Shown: one piece after another, positions 18,807-26,823 of the stretch
Numbering within the stretch: the stretch's first letter is position 1
How the letters are laid out: every line of letters starts with the position of its first letter
NCBI GenBank assembly: GCA_964012805.1
Contig: CAXGUD010000043.1
Location: 1 to 29,927 of the forward strand
DNA: 29,927 nucleotides
From: an uncultured Bacteriovoracaceae bacterium
GTDB lineage: Bacteria; Bdellovibrionota; Bacteriovoracia; Bacteriovoracales; Bacteriovoracaceae
Reading direction: 5' to 3'
Notes under the pieces: generated by a model
The model's database searches: none
Told to the model about the DNA's origin: nothing
Seen by the model: the letters and a program-made list of their open reading frames with translations, nothing else
Program-made: the position numbers and the translations under genes

Positions 18807-19904
18807 CTATTTTTTCGATTCCATATTTATCTTTTCCTTTTTTAATTTATAAAGCGGTAACCAACCGTAATAAGAATTCCTTAATGTTCCCAAATAGAGC
18901 TTATCACCAAATTGTTGAACACTTGTTATTGCCGAAACTTGCTTGCCCTTTGGGTCTTGGAAATTATAAAGAACTTTACCTTGGGAATTTAAGCCGAAAA
19001 CTCCTCCATATTTTGGTCGAGGGGGAACCAAGAAATTTGGCAAAAGAAGTAAAATTTTCCGTAAATTTGGAAAAGGTAAGATTCTATCTAAAAGCTTATC
19101 CCTTGGATCAATGATGGCCAACCAAAAAATATCTTTTCCATTACTTGAAATCCCATCAGGGAAACCGGGCAGGTTATCAATTAGGACCTCTGTTTTTCCA
19201 ATCTTTGGGCCTTTCAAAAAATATTTTAAAACCCTGTATTTTCCAGTTTCATTGATCAAAATGAAGTCATCATTTTTGGAAATAGCAATTCCGTTAGCAA
19301 AGTTTAAATCTTTTATTAAAAGTTTTGACTCTTTTGTTTGAGGGTCAAAAGAAAAAACTTTTCCTGTCCCCTTGTGGTAAATAAAGTCCTTCTTATACTC
19401 CTTAAAAGAATAGACATCAGAAGCTTGAGTAAAATATATAATTCCATTTTTTCCCACCGTTACATCATCAAGAAATGGAACAAAAATGCCTTCATATTTA
19501 TTAAAAAGAAGCTTTAAAGAGTTCTTTTGGGTATCTAATTTAAAGAGTCCCTTTTCAGCATCAGCTATTATTAAATGGTCTTCCTTATCAATATGGAGCC
19601 CTAATGGACGACCTCCCGTATTAACTAAAACTTCAAATTTATTCCCCTTTTCGTGTCTGACAATTTTTCCATCCTCAAGGCCAACATATGTTCTTCCTAG
19701 AGAATCAATCGCAACATCTTCTGGGTTATTTATAAAACCTTTTAATTCATAGATAGTATCTTTTAACAAATTATTGCTTTTAAAGTCTCCAACAAAGCCT
19801 TTACTTATTGGTGGACTCCACGGCTTCATTTCCTTTAGAAAAAAATTTGGTAAGATGGAGGAAAGGATAAAAAAAGAAAGTAAGAAACCAAGAAAAAATC
19901 TCAT
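18807..19904 (-). CDS. Strictosidine synthase-like / SMP-30 beta-propeller protein
   Basis: N-terminal signal/TM segment, then PEDV, GGRPLGL, LNFANGI and NLPGFPDGI. Confidence 0.9.
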   Translation of the reverse strand: MRFFLGFLLSFFILSSILPNFFLKEMKPWSPPISKGFVGDFKSNNLLKDTIYELKGFINNPEDVAIDSLGRTYVGLEDGKIVRHEKGNKFEVLVNTGGRPLGLHIDKEDHLIIADAEKGLFKLDTQKNSLKLLFNKYEGIFVPFLDDVTVGKNGIIYFTQASDVYSFKEYKKDFIYHKGTGKVFSFDPQTKESKLLIKDLNFANGIAISKNDDFILINETGKYRVLKYFLKGPKIGKTEVLIDNLPGFPDGISSNGKDIFWLAIIDPRDKLLDRILPFPNLRKILLLLPNFLVPPRPKYGGVFGLNSQGKVLYNFQDPKGKQVSAITSVQQFGDKLYLGTLRNSYYGWLPLYKLKKEKINMESKK

Positions 19905-20339
19905 AAGTATTCATCCAATCTTTTCAATTGATAAAGCTTCAAATCCCTAATTAGATTTTTAATTTTAACTCAGTCACTTAAAAAAGAAAGAGCAATAAAA
20001 TTAAAATTAGCAAATACTTTTGTTATGTTGTCTCTACAAATTCATCTTATTTCATGGCTTCCTGAGAAAGATTCGCTCAATCAATAAATTTTGATAGAAT
20101 TTAAGATGTTTTCTTAATCAACTTTTTTTTGTAAAAAATGTTGGTCGCCTTATTCATAATTTTTAATTAATTTAATGGCCAACATGAAAATAACTTGGAT
20201 TCTATTTTTGGTTGTTTACTTCAGCTCTTCACTAACAGCGTTTAATAGTTTAAGGGCCTCCAATTATTGTTCATTTTTTTTAAAAAAATCTAAAAATATT
20301 TAATTCTTAAAACTAAATTTATGATACACCACTATACTT

Positions 20340-21596
20340 ATGAGTGATAGATATTCAATTATAGATATAGAGACGTCTGGCAGTTTCAAAAAGGGGCACA
20401 AGATTACTGAGTTGGCCATTATCAATATGGACGGTGATAATGTAGTTGAAGAGTTTTCTACTTTGATTAACCCAGAAAGAAATATCCCTTTTTATATTTC
20501 TAAACTAACAGGCATTACTAATGAGATGGTCTGTGATGCTCCAAAGTTTTTTGAAGTTGCCAAAAAAATTGTTGAGATGACAAAAGGAAGAATATTTGTC
20601 GCCCATAATGTGTACTTTGATTTTAATTTTATTAAGCATGAGTTTGCGGAACTTGGATACACATACTCTCGGGATAAGCTATGTACTGTAAAATTGGCCA
20701 GAAAAAATCTTCCTGGTTATGATTCATACTCTTTGGGTCGCATCTGCTCGGACCTTGGAATCAAAATCAAAAACCGTCATAGGGCTTTAGGCGATGCTCT
20801 TGCAACTGTAGAGCTTTTTAAACTTATACTAAATAAAGACAATAGGCCTGATCTTGAGAAAACAAAGTTATTAATTCCTCCACATATAAACCCCAAAGAG
20901 ATAGAAAACCTCCCAGAAAGCTGCGGTGTATATTATATTTATAACCAAAATGATGTTTTGCTTTACATTGGAAAAAGCAAAAATATTAAAAAAAGGTTAA
21001 TGCAGCACCTTCGACTTAATATTAAAAGGCCCAAAGACTTAAAGCTAAAAGAAGCCATGGCAAAAGTCCGCTATCGTCTCTTTAATAGTGAGCTTCTTGC
21101 TCTTTTATTCGAGGCCTATGAAATTAAAGAAAATCGACCAAAATTTAATACAAATTTAAAAAGAAGACGATTTAACTATTCTTTAAAATTAGAACTTTCA
21201 AGCATGGGTATAGTTGAATTAAAGGTTTCTTCAGTTGTTGATTCTCAAGAAGACCTTTATTTATTTAAGAGTAAAAAAGCAGCTAATCAAAAACTTGAAA
21301 AAATGTTGAGAGAAATCTATGGGCCTTATAATGATTTTCAAGGGATTGCTCCCAGACAAAATCTTCTATTAAAAACGATAGGTAAAGAAGCTCATAATAA
21401 TCTTGTTAGAAAGTTATATTCACAAGGCTTTCCGAAAAAAAAAGATGTTTGTTTAAAGTTTTCTAACAAGTCTTGTGTCATTGTGGAAAATCTCTATCCT
21501 GTAAAGCTTATAAATAATGACTTTTCTTGTGACTTAAAAAAAGACCCGGATTTAAGAGGGATTTTATGGGGATATATGAATAAACACAATCCTTAA
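20340..21596 (+). CDS. DnaQ-like DEDDh 3'-5' exonuclease fused to a GIY-YIG (UvrC/Cho-like) domain
   Basis: DIETS, VAHNVYFD and HRALGDA, followed by LPESCGVY...LYIGKSKNIKKR and ALLFE...PKFN. Confidence 0.9.
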   Translation: MSDRYSIIDIETSGSFKKGHKITELAIINMDGDNVVEEFSTLINPERNIPFYISKLTGITNEMVCDAPKFFEVAKKIVEMTKGRIFVAHNVYFDFNFIKHEFAELGYTYSRDKLCTVKLARKNLPGYDSYSLGRICSDLGIKIKNRHRALGDALATVELFKLILNKDNRPDLEKTKLLIPPHINPKEIENLPESCGVYYIYNQNDVLLYIGKSKNIKKRLMQHLRLNIKRPKDLKLKEAMAKVRYRLFNSELLALLFEAYEIKENRPKFNTNLKRRRFNYSLKLELSSMGIVELKVSSVVDSQEDLYLFKSKKAANQKLEKMLREIYGPYNDFQGIAPRQNLLLKTIGKEAHNNLVRKLYSQGFPKKKDVCLKFSNKSCVIVENLYPVKLINNDFSCDLKKDPDLRGILWGYMNKHNP

Positions 21597-21664
21597 AACC
21601 GTGGCTTAGAGTTTATTGCATTTTAAAATAATTTAATCTAATTAAATAGTTTATACTTTCGCGA

Positions 21665-22216
21665 TTAATTAGAAATTTGCTTAAGACCTTTCTTACAAGA
21701 AAAAGATGAACTGTAATCAAATATTTCTTTGCCGTTACGTGAAATAAGCTTATTAGTATTTGGTGTACAAAGAGCACCATATTGAGCAATTTGCTTGAGG
21801 CCCTTTTTACAATTATTAAGTGAACTATAATCGAAAACCTCTAGGCCGTTAGATGAAAAAAGTTTGTTATTATTAGGAGCACAAATAGCTCCATATTGAT
21901 TAAGTTGTTTAAGGCCTTTTTTACAGCTAGTAGATGAATTGTAATCAAATACTTCTTGTTCATTAAGGGAAATGAGCTTATTTTTATCAGGAGTGCAAAT
22001 AGCACTATATTGATTTCCAGATGCTCCGTTTACTCTAAGGACTCTATTAAGAAGTGATTTTATTCTATTTAGTTCTTTTTGATCCATTGAGTAGGCGTTA
22101 CTTTCTAAATAATCTGAAACATCGTAAGAAAGTTGGATGACTCTATCGGAATGAACTTCAGGAAAAGCTGATAAAGAATTGACTATAAAAACAAGGGCTA
22201 GAACTGCTTTTTTCAA
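21665..22216 (-). CDS. Secreted protein with three tandem 38-aa two-Cys repeats
   Basis: Signal peptide, GGAG RBS before the TTG start, and repeats QY.A.C.P..NKL.S.N..E.FDY.S...CKKGLKQ. Confidence 0.8.
   Translation of the reverse strand: MKKAVLALVFIVNSLSAFPEVHSDRVIQLSYDVSDYLESNAYSMDQKELNRIKSLLNRVLRVNGASGNQYSAICTPDKNKLISLNEQEVFDYNSSTSCKKGLKQLNQYGAICAPNNNKLFSSNGLEVFDYSSLNNCKKGLKQIAQYGALCTPNTNKLISRNGKEIFDYSSSFSCKKGLKQISN
21671..22012 (-). repeat. 3 x 114-bp coding tandem repeat
   Basis: Residues 69-106, 107-144 and 145-182 align without gaps. Confidence 0.9.
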
Positions 22217-22570
22217 TTAGATCTCCAAAAAACAAGACATTAAACCAGGTTAAGAGATAATAATTAAGACACCCTCAAATCCAAGGGCCCATCTTTATAC
22301 CATGTAAAAAATACAGAATTTTAAGGCAAAAAATGGGCCCTAATTCAAGGTTTAACCCTATTTAAGGGGATTCTCTTTTTACAGGAAGCTATAAGGACAT
22401 TTTGAGCTTATCAATATCATGAATGATTGCAGAACTTCTTTTGTTTTAAAAAAAAGAATAATTAATAATTAAAAATCTGAATTCTGATGAATTTATTGGC
22501 CTTAAATAAAAATAATCCGCCTAAAAAGGCCCCTAAAAACCAAAAAAGTGAGGCCAAAAAATAAATTTCT

Positions 22571-22708
22571 TTACTCAAAAGCCCAAAAGTTGAAATAGCG
22601 ATTAAGTCGTTTTTTTAAATACGAATACACTTTATTTTTACTTCTTGAGTAAATCAGTTCAAATGCTTGTTCGTGACCTTCTTGATATAGCTCCATAAAT
22701 CGGGAATC
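22571..22708 (-). pseudogene. N-terminal fragment of an ECF sigma-70 factor
   Basis: DSRFMELYQEGHEQAFELIYSRSKNKVYSYLKKRL matches the ECF N-terminal pattern (D..LM..Y..G...AF..LY.R....VY..L...L). Similarity is then lost and a stop follows at 22571-22573. Confidence 0.65.
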
Positions 22709-22869
22709 TTCATATTTTAAAAAAATATGACGTTGGCAAAGATTTTAATGCTTTTTCTTGCCCAATGGTCAAAAAGAAATGGATTCAAAATAGGAAAAGG
22801 GAAGGGAAAGTAAACAACCCATACGCATCAGAAATGCCACTTTGTGGTTCTCAAGATAGTAAATATTAG
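22699..22869 (+). pseudogene. C-terminal fragment of a DUF3347/heavy-metal-binding protein
   Basis: FSCPMVKKKWIQ...VNNPYASEMPLCG matches the CPM...W...NPY...M..CG motif. An in-frame TAA at 22696-22698 precedes it, and there is no N-terminus or start. Confidence 0.7.
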
Positions 22870-22886
22870 CTAATTCTTTTTTAAAA

Positions 22887-22918
22887 AAACCTAGGCGTAG
22901 TTTCTTATGCCTAGGTTT
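22887..22918. terminator. Bidirectional intrinsic terminator
   Basis: Hairpin AAACCTAGGCGTAG-TTTC-TTATGCCTAGGTTT flanked by A and T tracts, between convergent genes. Confidence 0.75.
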
Positions 22919-22974
22919 AAATAAAGTTTGATAGTGATTGTTATTTAAAAAGGAAGGTTACCTCACTTTTTAGA

Positions 22975-23190
22975 CTACATCTCTTCCAAGGCTTGTTTAA
23001 AATATCCAAGGACTCTATCAGTCCAGTGATCCCCATATTTTTCAACAAAGGCCTTGCGACCTTGTGAATTTTTTTGGGAGAGAACTTTAATTCTTTCTTG
23101 GACGAACTCTTTTGTTAATGGAGTTTTACATTTTTGAGTAATACAATTCTTCCATGATTCGTAATGCTTTGGGAAAAGTTCATGTTCCAT
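22975..23190 (-). CDS. Small hypothetical protein downstream of the COG0523 GTPase
   Basis: 71 aa with GGGAGG RBS and the pattern P..Y..W..CI...C..PLT..F...R...YG....V..YF. Confidence 0.75.
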   Translation of the reverse strand: MEHELFPKHYESWKNCITQKCKTPLTKEFVQERIKVLSQKNSQGRKAFVEKYGDHWTDRVLGYFKQALEEM

Positions 23191-23261
23191 TTGAGTTTCC
23201 TCCCTTATTTCCTTGGGCTTTATTATTTAAGTGGTCATTTTTGACACTAATTTTATCTACC

Positions 23262-24527
23262 CTATTGTAATTCCGCATTTTGCTTGGACTCTTCACTTTC
23301 AGACTCATTTGTCTGAACGACTTGATTCCAATCTCCAAAAGGGTCTTTCAACTGCTTTATAAAGTCAGCACTTCTACTAAGTTCTTCATCTGTGAATAAA
23401 CTTTCTTCAAGGGATTCTTTTATTTTATCCAGAATATCATTTTTACCTATGAAGACTAGTTTTTGCGACCGGTCTCCGAAATGTGGATGCCAGTTTTCTT
23501 TAATATAGGCCAGAGACTCTTCATCTTTAGGCCAATCCTCTTCATTAATACTTGTCCACCAAAATCCTTTAGGGTGATATTCTCTAACTGTTCCAGCTAT
23601 GGCCATCTCTGCCATAAAGTCAGGTTGAGAAGCAATCCAAAAAAAGCCTTTTGCTCTGTAAAGCCCAGGAAATGGCGTATGCAAAAATTTAAAGAAACGC
23701 TCAGGGTGAAAAGGTTTTCTTGCATCAAATGAAAAAGATGAAACCCCGTATTCGTCTGTTTCTTTGCTCTCATCACCTCTCATGACTTTTAACCAACCCG
23801 GTGACTGAGAAGCTTTATCAAAGTCAAATCTGTTAGTGTTAAGGATTTCATCAAGAGCGACTTTAGACCTTGAAGTTTCTATAACTTTAGCATCTCTATT
23901 AAGAGAGCGTATAATCCCATATAGATGTTTTAATTGATCCTTAGACACAAGATCTGTTTTGTTGATTAAAATGACGTCAGCAAATTCAACTTGATCAACT
24001 AGAAGGTGGGCAATGGATCTTTGGTCTTCCTCACTGAGTTCCATTTTCCGGTCTTTTAAATCTTCTGCACTTTCATAATCTTTTAAAAAATTCAAAGCAT
24101 CGATGACTGTAACCATGGTATCGAGCTTGGCAATTTTTGAAAGTGAAACACCATTTTCGTCTTCAAAGGTGAAGGTTTCGGCCACTGGTAAAGGCTCTGA
24201 AATACCGGTAGATTCTATAACAAGGTAATCAAATTTCTTTTGCTTAGCGAGTTCATTAATTTCTTCAAGGAGGTCTTCGCGCAATGTACAGCAGATACAG
24301 CCATTACTCATTTCAACAAGTTTTTCCTCTGTTCTCGATAAGCTCGCTTCAGCATTTTTTACCATTTCAGCATCAATGTTAATTTCGCTCATGTCATTAA
24401 CAATGACAGCGATCTTCTTTCCTTCTCTATTATTCAAGATATGGTTAAGAAGTGTAGTTTTTCCTGCTCCTAAAAAGCCAGAGAGGACGGTAACGGGAAG
24501 ACGAGATAGGTTATCATTGTTTTGCAT
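23262..24527 (-). CDS. zigA: COG0523 zinc metallochaperone GTPase (ZigA/YciC-like)
   Basis: [40 protein letters not shown] and a CobW_C domain (PFHPERF, RAKGFFW). Confidence 0.9.
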   Translation of the reverse strand: MQNNDNLSRLPVTVLSGFLGAGKTTLLNHILNNREGKKIAVIVNDMSEINIDAEMVKNAEASLSRTEEKLVEMSNGCICCTLREDLLEEINELAKQKKFDYLVIESTGISEPLPVAETFTFEDENGVSLSKIAKLDTMVTVIDALNFLKDYESAEDLKDRKMELSEEDQRSIAHLLVDQVEFADVILINKTDLVSKDQLKHLYGIIRSLNRDAKVIETSRSKVALDEILNTNRFDFDKASQSPGWLKVMRGDESKETDEYGVSSFSFDARKPFHPERFFKFLHTPFPGLYRAKGFFWIASQPDFMAEMAIAGTVREYHPKGFWWTSINEEDWPKDEESLAYIKENWHPHFGDRSQKLVFIGKNDILDKIKESLEESLFTDEELSRSADFIKQLKDPFGDWNQVVQTNESESEESKQNAELQ

Positions 24528-24570
24528 ATTTAAGACCTTGAAATCATTATAAATTTATATTAATCTTTTT

Positions 24571-24585
24571 TGCAAGTCGTTTGCA
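24571..24585. promoter_or_regulatory. Candidate Zur/Fur-family box upstream of zigA
   Basis: TGCAA-GTCGT-TTGCA dyad about 44 bp upstream of the zigA ATG. Confidence 0.65.
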
Positions 24586-24726
24586 TAAATGTAATTGGCT
24601 GCAGGCTTTCTATAATGAAAAGTACAAAAATGCTAGTTTAAAAGGCTTTGTGTGGGTCTTAGCTTTTAAAAAGTAGTACCTGAGATATTAATCCTGTAAA
24701 TAGCTCTATGCATAAAATGTGGGCTC

Positions 24727-24741
24727 TGCAAGTTCTTTGCA
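24727..24741. promoter_or_regulatory. Second candidate Zur/Fur-family box, upstream of the flavoprotein gene
   Basis: TGCAA-GTTCT-TTGCA, 13/15 identical to the first box and about 21 bp upstream of the ATG at 24763. Confidence 0.65.
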
Positions 24742-24762
24742 AAAGTTAAAGGGGTTTGAAAA

Positions 24763-26307
24763 ATGTTTAATCATCCTGAAGGTCAGGCTCATCCGAGACC
24801 TCCTTCCCACCTCAAAAAGAGTAAGAGATACGATTTTGGAGAAGATATTCTTGGAGAAAGCTCCAAAGTTATAGAGGAGTTTTTAAAAAAAGAGAATCAA
24901 CTAAAAGATATATCTGAAATATCTTTGGCAAAGCAAGTTCGAAATTTTATTTATAAAAAAAGTAATAGAAAAAATTATGTTATTGAGGCCAAAAATTACC
25001 TTAAAAATAAAGAACTAATTTTCAGTGAGTATTATGATGTCATACTAGTAGGCGCAGGAGTTCACTCCGCAATTTATCTATATACAGTTAAGAAGAAGAA
25101 TCCAAATTTAAAGGTTCTAATTCTTGAGAAAAGTTCAGAAATATGCGCTACGTTCTGTAAACTAGGAGACTCGCTGGTTTTAAATTCTCCAACCTTTTCT
25201 AAAGTGGGTCTCAATTCTAATATTATGCAAGGTCATTTTATCCAGGTAAGTGATTTTGATGAACTCTTTGAAAAACCTTTTCCTACGGCTAAGCACCTTT
25301 ACGAGTTAGCAGTTATGACCCTATTTCACGCTGACGCTGATATCTTATTTGATTTTGAAGTAGAAAATATAAAAAAAGCCGAAGGTAAATATTCCCTTAA
25401 TTTTGAAAACAAAACGATTAACGCTAAAAATGTAGTCGTTTCAAATGGAATGGGAGGTAACAAGAAAAACTCTTTTCTAAAAGATATATCTTCACAAAAA
25501 CTAATTGCTGGTGACGATTTCCTCTCTCATTGCTACGAAGATAAATCTTTTTTTGAATATATCAGAGATAAAAAAGTTGCTGTTGTCGGTGCTGGAGATA
25601 CAGCAAACTGTGTAATGGAGTACCTTTTACCTTTAGTTTATCCAAATTATTATTATGGGTTTTACAGAGAGGTCCCCTTTTTTCCAAAATTTGTCTATTG
25701 GGTTGGTCAAAGTGCAAATAACATTCAAGACTATTTTTTTGCGAATAAATCAAGGTATTGTCATTCCGGTGGAATCATTGAATTTTTTTGGGATGAAGAA
25801 ACCCCTTTTGAACTATCCACTGAGATTTGGAAAAAGACAAAGGAGCTCATTAGGTGTGTTCCTGAAAAGCTTTTTTCTGTATCTCATAAGGTCAACTCAC
25901 TGGAACTTAAAACTGAAAATGAGCAGTTAGAGGTTGATCTAGTGATAGATTGCACTGGAAGATTTAATGATTTGAGTACAAAACTTTTAAAAAGTGAGCA
26001 TACTTTTGTTGAAGGAGATATAACCCTTTATGGTGGTCAATGGGATGAGGAGTTAGGTCGTTTTATAGTTTCTCCAAGATTTCTTGAAGAAAGGAGGATC
26101 GCTTGCAAGCTTCAAGGTGAAAATATTTTTTTTCTAGGAAGTGCTTGTCCCTTGGATAAACTTATTGACGATAACGAAGCAAGAAATGGCTCGCTAAAAT
26201 TCCAAGAAGACCGGACAAGCCTAACCAACAGCAAGTGGTCTCTGGAGCACACTTTACCTCGAACTGTAGCTTTTGCGGACAAGCACCAAGAAATACTTAG
26301 TGTCTAG
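24763..26307 (+). CDS. FAD/NAD(P)H-dependent oxidoreductase with two dinucleotide-binding folds (monooxygenase-like)
   Basis: DVILVGAGVHS...ILEK (FAD), KVAVVGAGDTA (NAD(P)H) and DLVIDCTG. Confidence 0.75.
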   Translation: MFNHPEGQAHPRPPSHLKKSKRYDFGEDILGESSKVIEEFLKKENQLKDISEISLAKQVRNFIYKKSNRKNYVIEAKNYLKNKELIFSEYYDVILVGAGVHSAIYLYTVKKKNPNLKVLILEKSSEICATFCKLGDSLVLNSPTFSKVGLNSNIMQGHFIQVSDFDELFEKPFPTAKHLYELAVMTLFHADADILFDFEVENIKKAEGKYSLNFENKTINAKNVVVSNGMGGNKKNSFLKDISSQKLIAGDDFLSHCYEDKSFFEYIRDKKVAVVGAGDTANCVMEYLLPLVYPNYYYGFYREVPFFPKFVYWVGQSANNIQDYFFANKSRYCHSGGIIEFFWDEETPFELSTEIWKKTKELIRCVPEKLFSVSHKVNSLELKTENEQLEVDLVIDCTGRFNDLSTKLLKSEHTFVEGDITLYGGQWDEELGRFIVSPRFLEERRIACKLQGENIFFLGSACPLDKLIDDNEARNGSLKFQEDRTSLTNSKWSLEHTLPRTVAFADKHQEILSV

Positions 26308-26396
26308 CAACAGCACTTTTCAGAGCAGCATTTGCATGACTTCTCTTTACAGCAAGGGCTATTGTTACAGTCACATTCACAAACTTTTTGATACAT
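26304..26396 (-). CDS. Metallothionein-like peptide, 30 aa (MYQKVCECDCNNSPCCKEKSCKCCSEKCCC)
   Basis: 11 Cys in 30 aa and an AAGGAGAG RBS just upstream of the ATG. Starts 13 nt after the ArsR stop. Not in the ORF track. Confidence 0.85.
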   Translation of the reverse strand: MYQKVCECDCNNSPCCKEKSCKCCSEKCCC

Positions 26397-26409
26397 AATT
26401 CTCTCCTTT

Positions 26410-26703
26410 TTAGAGGTCATTCTCAATTTGATTGGCAAGTTCTCTAAGCGTTTTAACCACGTTTTCCCGATCTAGAGTGTAAGTTCTTTCTCGACCTTTC
26501 TTTTCTAGTTTGACGACACCTTCTTGAGCAAGGATTTTGAGGTGGCGTGATACAACGGAGGCATCCACATTGCAGCACTCACAAAGGCACATGGCATTTT
26601 GAGGAGTACTACACTGACACAATTTGTAGACTAAAGAGAGCCTATTAAATTCTCCGAGCGCTTTTAGAAAGTTTGCTTGTTCTTGTATATCTAAATCTTT
26701 CAT
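26410..26703 (-). CDS. ArsR/SmtB-family metal-sensing repressor
   Basis: FLKALGEFNRL, SVVSRHLKIL and EKKGRERTY motifs with Cys cluster CQC...CLCECC. ATG 26703 is preferred because the TTG at 26730 lies inside the palindrome. Confidence 0.9.
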   Translation of the reverse strand: MKDLDIQEQANFLKALGEFNRLSLVYKLCQCSTPQNAMCLCECCNVDASVVSRHLKILAQEGVVKLEKKGRERTYTLDRENVVKTLRELANQIENDL

Positions 26704-26712
26704 GTCTTTTAT

Positions 26713-26740
26713 GTTTGCATATTTGCGCAAATAAGTAAAC
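26713..26740. promoter_or_regulatory. Candidate ArsR/SmtB operator
   Basis: GTTTGCATATTTGC|GCAAATAAGTAAAC inverted repeat with 12 of 14 positions symmetric, directly upstream of arsR. Confidence 0.75.
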
Positions 26741-26823
26741 AGGAATCTTGTGCCATGAGTCTTTTTCTAATGTGTAGTGAATAAAAGTTATTTAATGGGC
26801 TGTCATTTTTCTTGATACTATGT

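Noticed and set aside
19905..20339. Long AT-rich intergenic region
   Set aside because: No repeats, RNA structure or recognisable gene remnant. It is consistent with divergent promoters.
22284..22341. 9-bp inverted repeat AGGGCCCAT/ATGGGCCCT
   Set aside because: The arms are short and 40 bp apart, with no target duplication or transposase, so a MITE call is not supported.
26773..26782. TGTAGTGAAT, similar to the att-arm repeat
   Set aside because: It is a single copy with no core sequence at the expected distance.
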